Source: Nitrospirota bacterium (lineage in GTDB: Bacteria > Nitrospirota > UBA9217). Taken from it: 64,000 bases of DNA. The stretch spans positions 256,001 through 320,000 of the forward strand of contig CAWBNQ010000005.1 in NCBI GenBank assembly GCA_963790205.1. Direction: 5' to 3'. The position numbers and the translations under genes were made by a program. This document shows, piece by piece, positions 48,559 to 58,758 of this stretch; positions within the stretch are counted from its first letter, which is position 1; each line of letters opens with the position of its first letter. The notes beneath the pieces were generated by a model. That model made no database searches, was not told where the DNA came from, and was given only the letters and a program-made list of their open reading frames with translations.

Positions 48559-49971
48559 TCAATTGCCTGCTGCGCTTTGCGCCTTTTGAGCACTGTTCAG
48601 AGCGGCTTCGGCGTTGATCTGTGCAAGCTTGGCCTGAGCAAGAGCTGTTTCCGCTTGTATGGGCGCGAGGATATCCGCATCGGCGTTGTTGGCTTTCGCA
48701 GTCTCTAGGGCGTTTTCGGCGGTTAACTGGTCCGTTTGGGCCTTTATCTTCGCGAGCTTTGCGGCGTTGATGGCATTGGGTATGCCGCCAACCTGGGTGG
48801 CCGTCTCCTTGAGCGCACCTGTGGCGGTTGTGGCAGCGGCGACTTTCTCAGCGACCTCAATCGACGAAGGCGCTCCATTAGCATCGGTTGCGAGCGCCAT
48901 GGTTTCTGATTTGAACGTACCGCCTTTGGTGGGTACTGCATAAACAAGGCCTAGTTGCAGAATTGGGCCTTCAAACTTGCCAATCACTTTGGCGTCAGGC
49001 ACGTTACAGGCGGCTACAGCGCAAACCTTCAGCCTTCCCGGAACTGCAAATCGGACCGGCACACCCTTCGAAATATTGATTTGCGGAGCCGTTTTAAGCT
49101 TGGCGCCATCGATCCCAAGCGACCCGGTGCGTTCGAGTTGCAGATAAACGTCGAACTGCTTCGCCTGGATGTCAGGTTGTGAAATTTTTGCCCACTTATT
49201 TAAAACGTTTTTAACATCAATCGAATAGGGACCTCCACTCAGCACCGTGCCATCGTCCGGCCAACTGAGGGGTTGGGTATCCGAAGTCAGTTTCATGTCA
49301 TCCGCAAGTTTCTTTTGATCGTCAGCAAGTTTCTTCTTCGCATTGGCTTGAGCGCCGAGCGCATCGACCAGCGCTTTTTTGATCGACTTGTCCGCGGCAT
49401 TCCCCAACGTCGCGACCTGACTCGACAGCAACGTCACCTGGTCGGTCGCTGCCACAAGGTCATTGGTCTCCCTGTCAACGGTGTCCTTCAATGTCTTAAT
49501 CTCGGTCACTGCCGCGTTCACCTCAGCGGTGCAGGCCTCGAGAGGCGCTCCTGGTGCCGCCCCCGCAACCGCCACGAGCGGCGCGATGGCCGCAACAGCG
49601 CTTACGACGTTTGAAATAACAGCAGCCGTCGCGTTTTCCGCCGACGTGTTGAGCGCAGTGCTTGTACCCTCCGGCGCAAACGTGGATTTGATATCGCTCG
49701 TGCTGAACCAGCCATCAGAGTGCAAAGTAAACATTCCTTTGGGATCAAGCGCCTTGCTCGATACAATCTGTACTTCCACAGCGCCTTTTAGATGATCACC
49801 ACACCCAATTACGCGCCTCGTGATGGTGAGCGTGAAAGTCGTCATTGGCATGTTGTAGGGAACACCATTCATTGTGGCGGCTGTGCCGTCGAATCGGTTG
49901 ACCACGATGCCACTCCCGCAGCCAACGCAGCCTAAGGCAATCAATGTGCAGGTGATCATTGCTCTAATCAT
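48559..49971 (-). CDS. lipoprotein of unknown function with coiled-coil segments
   Basis: Lipobox-like LGCVGC; beta-rich N-terminus; Ala/Lys-rich helices; GGGAGGG SD. Confidence 0.75.
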   Translation of the reverse strand: MIRAMITCTLIALGCVGCGSGIVVNRFDGTAATMNGVPYNMPMTTFTLTITRRVIGCGDHLKGAVEVQIVSSKALDPKGMFTLHSDGWFSTSDIKSTFAPEGTSTALNTSAENATAAVISNVVSAVAAIAPLVAVAGAAPGAPLEACTAEVNAAVTEIKTLKDTVDRETNDLVAATDQVTLLSSQVATLGNAADKSIKKALVDALGAQANAKKKLADDQKKLADDMKLTSDTQPLSWPDDGTVLSGGPYSIDVKNVLNKWAKISQPDIQAKQFDVYLQLERTGSLGIDGAKLKTAPQINISKGVPVRFAVPGRLKVCAVAACNVPDAKVIGKFEGPILQLGLVYAVPTKGGTFKSETMALATDANGAPSSIEVAEKVAAATTATGALKETATQVGGIPNAINAAKLAKIKAQTDQLTAENALETAKANNADADILAPIQAETALAQAKLAQINAEAALNSAQKAQSAAGN

Positions 49972-50224
49972 ATTCAACCCTCCCAGAGTGCAATATAATA
50001 ATAGTTGCAGAATAATGTAGGTGACGGATGCCCAAGTCTAGGCGAACACAAACAGCCCTTTAAAAAAACAGAGAAGAAAACCTTTTGGGGATAGCATATT
50101 TCGCGCAACATACTGTGATTATTGGAGAATGCTATGCGCTGTTCCGCTGAGTCTTTTGGCCCAATGTTTTTATATCACAACGGAGTAGTTCGCTTCAAAG
50201 AAACACCCACTCCGTCTAAACTTT

Positions 50225-53200
50225 TTATCGAGGTAACGCGAGCGGCCCCGGATCACCAATGCACACGAAAGGGCCCCATGTGGCCGGATTTGGCAAAATC
50301 TCCTTCAGAGCGCGCCGCGATCTCGTCAGTGCCTCGACGCGCGGAGTTCCCTCACGCAGCGCTTCATAGAACGTGACCATGAGTTGGCCGGTAGCGAGGT
50401 CTTTGACTTGCCAGAGGCTAGCTACGACCGTCTGTGCGCCAGCCGCGAGGAAGGCTGAACTCAGGCCGATGATGCCCTCACCTATTTGCACCACGCCGAG
50501 TCCGGTTTGGCATGCAGAGAGGACGACGAGTTCTGTTCCGGAGAGGCTAAGGCCAGCGACATCCGCACCTGTCATGATCCCATCTTCTGCCTCGGGTGGC
50601 ATCGCTTCGCCGAGGATCCAACGGTTGGCACCAGCCAGTGCGATGCCGCTGCGAAGCACTGGGTTTTCATAGTACACGAGACGGGCTGGGACTGTCGGGT
50701 CCGGGTCTATGTTTAGAGCGCTTGTAAGTTTCGTTTCAGGCGGATCCTGGAGGAAGAAGCCGTGCGTCGCGAGGTGCAGGATTTGCGGTCCGCGGATGAT
50801 GTGCTTCAGGCGCCCCTCGAGGGCATCACTGTCGATAATGGGATCGACTCCAAGTACTTTGGCCACGTTAACAGCCTCCTCATGCGCACCAAGAAGGCGC
50901 TCGAACCTGTCCGGGCCGCAACGAAGGCGCTTTAGGTGCGGCTCGCCACCGCTCGCGAGATCGAAGTCAGGGTCTCCGATGACAACCGGCGGCGACGACG
51001 GCGACATGGGCGACGCGCCGAAGCGAATCGCGTCACGGCCGCAGGTGAGGTAGCTAACAATGAATGAATCTATGAGGTGTCCCGTCACCCCATCAGGAAG
51101 CACCTCCAAAGGCAGGCGGGCAATGGCTCCATCCGGCGCAACGAAGAGCCTGCGACAGCCTTTGAGCGCATCCTCGAGCGGATCAAAGATCGCTTTTCGG
51201 ACGGTGAAGGCTACCTCTCGTCCGGGATGGGTATCGGCGAGCCCTAGCTCAAGCACGTGGTGATGGGCTGCGATCGCCGACTCAATGGTCGCAGCCGGTC
51301 CGAGATCGATGAGTTGCGGAATGGCGTCCGTACCGGCCACGAGCACAAATGCGACATATCGTCGCTCTCTGCCATATACATGCAGGTACTCGATGAGTGC
51401 CGAGCTGCCCGGGAGCGCTTGTGCACACCGGTGATGGTCGACAGAGGAGAGTCGAGCAAAGAGCGACATTGTCGGGAGTTCATGGACGAGTTGCGCCTGG
51501 AGCCGCTCCTGCTCTCTCTTCCACACGAGCACCTGCGCGCTCTGTTGGATCCGGCGCCACGGACGCGAAAGCTCTCGTGCCGCAATCCACATGCCCAGCT
51601 CAAGCACACGCGCGCGAATAGACTCAAGATCAGGACGTGCCTTCAAGACGTCCTCACGCTCAAACGCAATTGCCTCGCCGCCAAGCGCCTTGTTCCGTAA
51701 AACGCCATCAAATACAGCTCTGACGCGGTCCTCGAGCCTCGGTGCTTTGGCGGCTGCGGCGACGAGCGTCTGGAGGACGGCATGGGCATCGCCAAGATAG
51801 GCGGCGCGATGGGCCTCCGACGCGAACGAAAAAACCGCCGCACAGTTACGTTCAAGCACTCCGAAGCACTCGACGATGGCAGAGTGGGCCTCGTCATGTT
51901 TGGCCATCTCGGCTTGAAGCAGGGCGAGCTCAGAGAGCGCGGCAAGACGCACGGATGGGACGATATTCATGTCAACCGAGCAGATGTCCACAGCCTCCCT
52001 TAGGCGGTCGTCGGCAACAGAGAGGTGCTTGCGATCAACTTCCACCCGTGCCTCGATGACGGCGAGTGCGGCTTCCAGCTGAGAGGGTTTGCCCCTCAGT
52101 ATCTCGCGAGCATACGAAAGCGAGATGCCGGCCGCCTCAAGGGAAACATTAGAAGGCTCGATGTTGGCCGAGTCGAGGTTACCCATCCGACGCTCCACTT
52201 CCGCCTGTGTGATGAAGATGACGGCGAGTGCCCTGTCTGAATAACCGTAAGTGTCCCCCGCGATCAGACTAGCCGCTTTGATAAATTGGAGCGCTCGATC
52301 CAGGTCATCTGCACGGAAAGAACACACTCCTAATCCGAGGAGACATGCTGAGATGAGACTCTCGGCGTAGTAGAGCATCGCGGTTCCGCAGAAGAGGTGA
52401 AACCGGAGCTTGTCGAGCACCTTGAACGTGCGGTGATACATCTCTCTCGCGGCCTCAGGATCCCCGATTATCTCCAGCCCTTTTCCGAGATACAGTAGCG
52501 TCAAAGAGTACTCGTACAAGACGGATGGTGCCATGGCGATCCAGATGAGATTGCTTTCTGCGGCAACCGCTTCGTAGCGAGCGCGAGCCAGCGCGACGGA
52601 CTGTTCGAGTTGAGGCATCGCCTCCCGATAGGAGCCATGCAGCAGCTCGGCCCAACCTCGCGACAGGAACGCTCGTGGTCCACCCCGCCTCAGCGCTGTA
52701 AGGATCGCCCAAGAACTCCGGCGTCCTGGACTCTCTGCTGGTATGCCGGTCGAGGGCGGCCGCGACGGCGAGCTGGCTTCCGTGACGTGCCGCTCCCCTT
52801 CAAGGTCGAAGTCTAGTTCGGGTGGAATGGGAAGCGGCTTGCCGCTGCGGAAGTACTCGAGAAGGGCAGACACCTTTCCTCTTGAAGGAATATCAATGCA
52901 TCGAAGCACAAATTCGAGAGCGACAGGGTCAGCGATTGCAGCCGCAGCTACTTGACGACCGCGTACCCAAATGCCGCCGCCCGCGCGGACGAGTTCCTCG
53001 TGGAGTCGCTCTAGGTCCTTTGTCCACGCCTTGCACCGATCGAGGACGACGAGAATACTCGGGTCCACCAGGCATCTGTCAAGCAGTATATCGAGGTAGG
53101 TGTAAGGGATCACCAATCCCAGCTCCACACTCATCTGCTGCTCCTTACTCAGTGTCTTAGGCGACCTGGCTACTTTGGGAACGACGGCCGCAGCGAGTCT

Positions 53201-53593
53201 CCATGCGAGGGCCGAAGACACCGCGAGCTTGCGGGCCACCGCGAGGCCGAAATATGTGAGAAGGGCCCAGACGTAGCCCCTTTGCCAGCCACCCAGATAA
53301 GCCGCCGTCGGAATGAGGACAAGCCCAACAGCGGCAATGACCCGCTGTCGGACTCCTGCTTCACTGTGCCGTGACCAGAGCGGCTGGGCGAAGGAGATCG
53401 CCGATGACATCAGCGCCACAGTCACGCCGGTCAATGCTCCGGTGAACCTGCCGCCATGCCAACCTAACCCAATACCGGCAAGTAGTGCGGCCAGGAGGAG
53501 CCACGGACCGGGCGATGCAACCGCCGCTCTCAATGACGCCTGAAAGCTAAAGGCTATTTCAGCCATTCCCTTGGCCCGTTTTGACTCCGACAT
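50225..53593 (-). CDS. membrane-anchored TPR-CHAT (caspase-like) protease
   Basis: N-terminal TM helices, TPR-like helices, APDG, HLATHGF, VVLSACQTGLG, SLWQV.D, WGPF; AAGGAGG SD. Confidence 0.9.
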   Translation of the reverse strand: MSESKRAKGMAEIAFSFQASLRAAVASPGPWLLLAALLAGIGLGWHGGRFTGALTGVTVALMSSAISFAQPLWSRHSEAGVRQRVIAAVGLVLIPTAAYLGGWQRGYVWALLTYFGLAVARKLAVSSALAWRLAAAVVPKVARSPKTLSKEQQMSVELGLVIPYTYLDILLDRCLVDPSILVVLDRCKAWTKDLERLHEELVRAGGGIWVRGRQVAAAAIADPVALEFVLRCIDIPSRGKVSALLEYFRSGKPLPIPPELDFDLEGERHVTEASSPSRPPSTGIPAESPGRRSSWAILTALRRGGPRAFLSRGWAELLHGSYREAMPQLEQSVALARARYEAVAAESNLIWIAMAPSVLYEYSLTLLYLGKGLEIIGDPEAAREMYHRTFKVLDKLRFHLFCGTAMLYYAESLISACLLGLGVCSFRADDLDRALQFIKAASLIAGDTYGYSDRALAVIFITQAEVERRMGNLDSANIEPSNVSLEAAGISLSYAREILRGKPSQLEAALAVIEARVEVDRKHLSVADDRLREAVDICSVDMNIVPSVRLAALSELALLQAEMAKHDEAHSAIVECFGVLERNCAAVFSFASEAHRAAYLGDAHAVLQTLVAAAAKAPRLEDRVRAVFDGVLRNKALGGEAIAFEREDVLKARPDLESIRARVLELGMWIAARELSRPWRRIQQSAQVLVWKREQERLQAQLVHELPTMSLFARLSSVDHHRCAQALPGSSALIEYLHVYGRERRYVAFVLVAGTDAIPQLIDLGPAATIESAIAAHHHVLELGLADTHPGREVAFTVRKAIFDPLEDALKGCRRLFVAPDGAIARLPLEVLPDGVTGHLIDSFIVSYLTCGRDAIRFGASPMSPSSPPVVIGDPDFDLASGGEPHLKRLRCGPDRFERLLGAHEEAVNVAKVLGVDPIIDSDALEGRLKHIIRGPQILHLATHGFFLQDPPETKLTSALNIDPDPTVPARLVYYENPVLRSGIALAGANRWILGEAMPPEAEDGIMTGADVAGLSLSGTELVVLSACQTGLGVVQIGEGIIGLSSAFLAAGAQTVVASLWQVKDLATGQLMVTFYEALREGTPRVEALTRSRRALKEILPNPATWGPFVCIGDPGPLALPR

Positions 53594-53807
53594 CGCTCAC
53601 CTCCTTTTAAGGCAGTATTGGGCTTGGCGGCGTTGACTTCATGGCGCACCTCGATGAGCTGGCGAGTAATCCGCAGCCTCCTCCAAGCGTCCCGCAGAAT
53701 TCTGGCTGTTGCTTTGTAAAGAGAATCACAGAGGAACGAGACTGAAGCTTTATGAACGCATTCCGAATCTCAAGCGTGGTGAGAACTCCGTCGTGCATGT
53801 CTTTGCC

Positions 53808-55232
53808 CTACTGCTCAGGAATCCTTAGGCGCGCCGCTGGGTCACCGAAAACCATATAGTTCTGAGCATCGTTACGAATGATCCACGTGTCCACAAAACG
53901 CCTTTCCCCCTCAAGAGTCCACTTGAACGTGCCACTCTTCAAATTATTATAGTAACTATTGAGCACGATGTTAGAGATGCTATACTTCTTGTTCATATCT
54001 TCCATTGCCAAGCCCGAAGGTTGCACTGCAAGGAGCTCGTCCACTGCGTGCATGAAAGGCTGCATTCGCCAATGCCAGCGATCCGCAATGTATGGGTCGT
54101 TTTGGTTTGTAAAGCCCTGGAGAAAGGCGGTGTCCAAATGGCCCACGTAAGCGATGGGACCCCTCGGATGGGCGAGCAGACGTTTGGGCAGCGCGGCAAT
54201 GAAATCGGCTTCGGCGTATTTTTTGGGCATCATGCCCTCCTCGGGCAGCCAGTGAGCGTAATCGCTCTGAGCTGGGGTGCCATATCCGAAGCAGGCGAAC
54301 TGGAAGAGGACGGAACCCTCCAGAAAAGGTTCATTCATAGGCACATCGTCGGCGCAGAAAAGATCATTCATAGTGAGAGGACCGCTTGCCTGACAGCAGA
54401 TGGCACCGTTGTATTTTTTTTGCTGATCAATTGGCTCTCCGGTGAGGCCCAAACCGTGACTCGCGGTGTAAACCAATGCAGGCTTAGAACCCAGCAGCGC
54501 CTTGACTAACTCATGTTTCGTGGCGTCCGCACCCATAAGCGCCGTGGTCCCAAACTTCAATTCCTCTTTGATGTGCTCATAAAGAGGTTTCACCATGTAT
54601 TCCCTGCTGAAGTAGGTAGGATCATCCGTTCCCCCGTCAGGAGCGAACAGTATGGCCTCCCTCTTGACTACAGGATCTGCCGCGGTTTCGAGGCGGATAA
54701 CCTTTTGCACGTACTGATTAAGCTCATCCAAGCTCTCGAAATCCAGTCTGCCGACGCTAGCCACCGCATCCATTAGTGACTGTAACCGGAAGGGCAGGAC
54801 GTCAGGACCACCCACCATGAGCACATAGTGGGGAACCTTCTTGCCCGCTAACTCACGTGCAAGGTAATTCTCCTGGAGCCAGTCGCCCCACATATCCTCA
54901 GACTCACCACCAAAAACCAATGGAGCAGATGGGTCCTCCATCCCGCGATGCTGTGCCAACTGCTTAAGGACCTCGGTAATTGCACTACGGCGAGCATCTT
55001 TCTTTGCCACAAGAAAGGTCCACCCAGCCTGGATAGGGTCCCCCAAATCCTTAACGCGTCGCCCTATCTCTCCTTTGAAGGTCATGCCCCTCGATGTGGT
55101 GTCGGCCAAGGCCAGCAATGCCGGAGCATTGTGCGGCAAGGCCTCCCACAGTATGCGCACAAACTGACTCTCGTCCACTGTCTTGAATAGTAGGTCGCCA
55201 GACATTTTTTTACCGTAGGCCATGATTTTCAT
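53808..55232 (-). CDS. gingipain/C25-like clan CD cysteine peptidase
   Basis: YVLMVG.P..LPF, VGRL, TASHG, FACFG, AYVGH, YMVFGDPA.RL; no signal peptide; GGAG SD. Confidence 0.8.
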   Translation of the reverse strand: MKIMAYGKKMSGDLLFKTVDESQFVRILWEALPHNAPALLALADTTSRGMTFKGEIGRRVKDLGDPIQAGWTFLVAKKDARRSAITEVLKQLAQHRGMEDPSAPLVFGGESEDMWGDWLQENYLARELAGKKVPHYVLMVGGPDVLPFRLQSLMDAVASVGRLDFESLDELNQYVQKVIRLETAADPVVKREAILFAPDGGTDDPTYFSREYMVKPLYEHIKEELKFGTTALMGADATKHELVKALLGSKPALVYTASHGLGLTGEPIDQQKKYNGAICCQASGPLTMNDLFCADDVPMNEPFLEGSVLFQFACFGYGTPAQSDYAHWLPEEGMMPKKYAEADFIAALPKRLLAHPRGPIAYVGHLDTAFLQGFTNQNDPYIADRWHWRMQPFMHAVDELLAVQPSGLAMEDMNKKYSISNIVLNSYYNNLKSGTFKWTLEGERRFVDTWIIRNDAQNYMVFGDPAARLRIPEQ

Positions 55233-55434
55233 GGTACTCTCCATAATTTTATTATTATATTTTAATATCTGCAATTGATTCCAGCAAAGACAAAAATACC
55301 GATATCGTCGTAGCAAGCCCGTCTTAAACTCGACGCCACCAATCACTCCGGGTCGCCTTTCATGCCCGGAGATTGTCTAGACACAACCGTGCGCAGGCAG
55401 CCAGTATGTCTCACATGCCACGCTGTAACAATCT

Positions 55435-55971
55435 TCACGGGTTAAGCGGCCGGGCGAACAACGGTGCAAGCAGTCCGAGAACGGTCGAAGCGATGAGGAC
55501 AATGACGCCGGCCAATCCCGTGGAGTACCACGGAAGTGACGCGAACGGTGTATTGGGGAGCGCGAATGCCCATGCCACGTATGCGATGGCACCAGCAGCC
55601 ATTTCCCACAGGGGCCATTTCAAGGGGGCCCAAGGAACAGGCTTTCCCTCGGACTTCGCTTTAGTGATGTATACGAGCCAAATGACGAGAGGGGTCGCGA
55701 TAAGAAACCACCAGAAGATTGCCCAGCTCGGACTTGCTACTGCCAATGTTGTGGACGGCTGGAGAGCTGCAAGGACTGCCACATAGAGCGTGAGTATTTC
55801 GGTGGGTATGTAGGTGGTGAGGATTCGAATCGCTGCATTTACTTGGCTCTCCGGGGTGGCTTTACCACCGGCAGCACCTGCGATTTCGGCGTAGGTCTTC
55901 GGAAAGTACGTTGCCGACCCTATATCGGTGCGGCTCTGGAACGCTACCTCGGTCATAGACGCGATGCTCAT
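55435..55971 (-). CDS. 4-TM membrane protein of unknown function
   Basis: Soluble ~45-aa N-terminus, then YIPTEIL.LY motif and four hydrophobic helices; AAGGAG SD. Confidence 0.8.
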   Translation of the reverse strand: MSIASMTEVAFQSRTDIGSATYFPKTYAEIAGAAGGKATPESQVNAAIRILTTYIPTEILTLYVAVLAALQPSTTLAVASPSWAIFWWFLIATPLVIWLVYITKAKSEGKPVPWAPLKWPLWEMAAGAIAYVAWAFALPNTPFASLPWYSTGLAGVIVLIASTVLGLLAPLFARPLNP

Positions 55972-56290
55972 GGCGCAATCTCCTTTTCCGCATAGATATT
56001 CCCCTTCCCCAGGTCAGATCCAGATCAGCTGGAATTCAAACGTGGATTTATAGGGGATAAATTATTTAAAAAACTTTTTATAAAAGCTCTAAAGCAATTT
56101 ATTTCGTCTTTAAGACATCTTCAGATGCCAAGCGAATTTTTTTTGTTCATCTTAACTGTATGTACGTACTGCTGGCATCCTCAAAATCCCCAGTTTTGCC
56201 TACGGGCTTTATAATATTAAATTGCATCCTCGCAGGTTGTATATAAAACTATATACATATTCTGTTTAGTTGTCTGATCATGCGATAAAT

Positions 56291-56336
56291 AAAAAGGCCG
56301 AGCATACCAAAGGCATCATCCTTCGGCAGCTCGGCC
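56291..56336 (-). terminator. intrinsic terminator overlapping the riboswitch 3' end
   Basis: GGCCGAGC-TGCCGAAGG..CCTTTGGTA-T-GCTCGGCC followed by TTTTT on the minus strand. Confidence 0.85.
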
Positions 56337-56400
56337 GTCTTGGTCTTTTAAGACCCGTCGCTTTCCGTCCCCCTCTTGCGAAGGGTTTGGCTTTATCGTG
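56321..56400 (-). ncRNA. c-di-GMP-I (GEMM-I) riboswitch
   Basis: Minus strand CACGATAAAGCCAAACCCTTC-GCAA-GAGGGGGACGGAAAGCGACGGGTC..GACGGCCGAGCTGCCGAA; GNRA loop; G at Vc2 position 20. Confidence 0.92.
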
Positions 56401-56601
56401 GAATCATTAATGGTTCATGTGGGTATCAATGAAACATTCAAATCCATTCTGAATACTTTTCAGATTGTCTTGGCATATGGAATGGAAATCTATCTCGAAT
56501 ATAGCAGAGCCTGTTGATGCTGTAAAGGTTAAGGTCGGGGTATTTTTGGAGTATATACATAAAATATCAAAAAAGAGCAGACAGAATGAAGAGATTCAAA
56601 A

Positions 56602-57120
56602 TCAACTTGCTCGCTTTAACAGAGAGGTCAGTGCAGAGATACTCTTAGAGGGGTATCGTGGATAAAATCTGCCCAGGGCGATAACGAGAACCGAAAACAC
56701 GGCCATGTGTTCTGATGGAAAACCATTGTAGTGCCTGACTCCATAGAACCAGTGGAACTCCTTGACATTTGGGTGATGTAACCAGAATCTTGCGTCGATT
56801 CTGCCAACTACAAGCTTCAGGATCGATTTCAGGAAAAAAGAGAACGGGACAGCACTTGCGATTAGTAGAAAGAATTGCGCATGCTTGTTATAAATACCTT
56901 TGTGAACGTGGTAAAAATATGCTGCCCATGCAATTCCGGTAATGGCACAGACTGCGGGGAATAAAAGGTCGGGAATATCCGTAGAGAAGAAGAGAAATCG
57001 CGTATTGGACATCAATACTCTTTTGACATAAACAGCGATTCCCTTATCCAGAAAATAGTAACTGCAGACGACAAGTAGTACGGCTAGGATACTATGTCTT
57101 ATATATTTTCCCCAATTCAT
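56602..57120 (-). pseudogene. PAP2-family membrane phosphatase, 3' truncated
   Basis: K..VGR, FPSEH (canonical PSGH); third motif absent. Confidence 0.75.
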
Positions 57121-57307
57121 AAAGATGCAAGGTCTGGCAAAGTGATTTTGTAATAGAGTGCTTTGGAAAATGAGTAAGCTTCCGCGCTAGAACAAATCAG
57201 CGGAACAGTGCTCAATAAAGAAAATTATAATCGAATTTCTCTGTAAGATAAAGCAGAAAAGAGGAATATTCTCAGCGTATGCAGATTCCAGAGAGAAGTA
57301 AGCACTT

Positions 57308-58683
57308 CACATCTGTCCAAAATAGATTTTGAATAATTGAAGGGGAAGCCTCACTTCAGGTATAGTAGGTTTGTCGAGGACCTAACTTTACTGAAGGAGG
57401 ACATCCCCGTGAACAAGTTTAGCAGTATCTTCGGACAGATTCTACAGATATTTTCGCACCAGGAGTTTTATCGTGCGGTGCGGGAGACACAGGCAGAGAA
57501 AGGCGTAAAAGGATTTGGTTGCTGGGGCCAGTTCGTGGCCATGCTATTCTGTCAGCTGGGACAAGCGCATTCGCTTCGAGAGATCTGCGGCGGATTGGCT
57601 ACCTGCTTCGGCAAGCTCAAACATCTCGGGATAGATGCTGCTCCCAAGCGTTCCACCTTGGCGTATGCCAACGCGCATCGGCCATGGCAATTGTATCAGA
57701 AGGTTTTTTATCAGTTGTTGGCAAAGTGCCGAGTCCTGGCGCACGGAAAGAAGCCGTTCCGGTTTAAGAACAAGCTGTTCAGCCTCGATGCGACACTGAT
57801 CGAACTCTGTGTGACCCTGTTTGACTGGGCAAAATACCGGCAGACAAAAGGAGCGGTCAAGCTTCACCTGTTATTGGATCATGAGGGATATCTTCCGGTT
57901 TTCGCTACGATGACTGAAGGGAATGTGCACGAAGTAAACATCGCGCACACGCTGAAGTTCCCCAAGGGTTCCATTTTGGCGATTGACCGCGGATATGTCG
58001 ATTATGAACAATTCGCACGCTGGACGGAGACCGGGATATTCTTCGTAACGAAAGAGAAGGATAATGCCGCCTTCCGGATCATCGAAAGACGAGAGGTGCC
58101 CGAGAATCGGAACATCATCAAAGACCAGCTCATTGAGCTGACGGGCTACGAATCGATCAAGAAGTGCCCGCATACGTTGCGACGGGTAGAGGTCTGGGAC
58201 GCAGAAAATGAACGTATTATCGTTCTGTGGACGAACCATCTCACCTTTGGCGCGACGACCATAGCGAGCATTTACAAGGACCGCTGGCAGATTGAGGTAT
58301 TTTTCAAGACGATCAAGCAGAATCTGAAGATCAAAACATTCGTTGGGACGAGTCGGAACGCTTTATTGGTACAGATTTGGACAGCATTAATCGCTATCCT
58401 GGTGTTGAAGTACTTGAAGTTCCGATCCACACTCGGATGGTCGTTGTCGAATCTGGTTGCCATGCTTCGTTATAATCTCTTCACCTATAGGGATTTATGG
58501 ACATGGTTGGATAATCCATTTGAAACGCCGCCTATTGTGCCATTTGCGGAGCAACTGGTAATGAGTTATCGGTAATTGGACAGCAGAATAAGGAACCTGA
58601 ATCCGAGATGATGGATTTGTCTGTCTAAAAGCATTGATTGGCGGGGTGTGGATCAGGAAATTAGATTATCTTGGACAGCAATG
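57308..58683 (+). mobile_element. IS4-family insertion sequence
   Basis: 17-bp IRs CACATCTGTCCAAAATA / TATCTTGGACAGCAATG; 9-bp TSD TAAGCACTT at 57299-57307 and 58684-58692. Confidence 0.93.
57409..58575 (+). CDS. IS4-family DDE transposase (DUF4372 + DDE_Tnp_1)
   Basis: LDAT, KLH, DRGY, Y..RWQIE.FFK; AAGGAGG SD before GTG. Confidence 0.93.
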   Translation: MNKFSSIFGQILQIFSHQEFYRAVRETQAEKGVKGFGCWGQFVAMLFCQLGQAHSLREICGGLATCFGKLKHLGIDAAPKRSTLAYANAHRPWQLYQKVFYQLLAKCRVLAHGKKPFRFKNKLFSLDATLIELCVTLFDWAKYRQTKGAVKLHLLLDHEGYLPVFATMTEGNVHEVNIAHTLKFPKGSILAIDRGYVDYEQFARWTETGIFFVTKEKDNAAFRIIERREVPENRNIIKDQLIELTGYESIKKCPHTLRRVEVWDAENERIIVLWTNHLTFGATTIASIYKDRWQIEVFFKTIKQNLKIKTFVGTSRNALLVQIWTALIAILVLKYLKFRSTLGWSLSNLVAMLRYNLFTYRDLWTWLDNPFETPPIVPFAEQLVMSYR

Positions 58684-58758
58684 TAAGCACTTAATGTTTC
58701 AACCGATAATAGAAACAAAAACGCCACATCATCCTTCAAAATAATAATGCATTCCGAG

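Noticed and set aside
53607..53798. 63-aa ORF between the C25-like and CHAT genes
   Set aside because: No SD or motif; cannot be told from spacer DNA, although worth rechecking if the cluster proves conserved.
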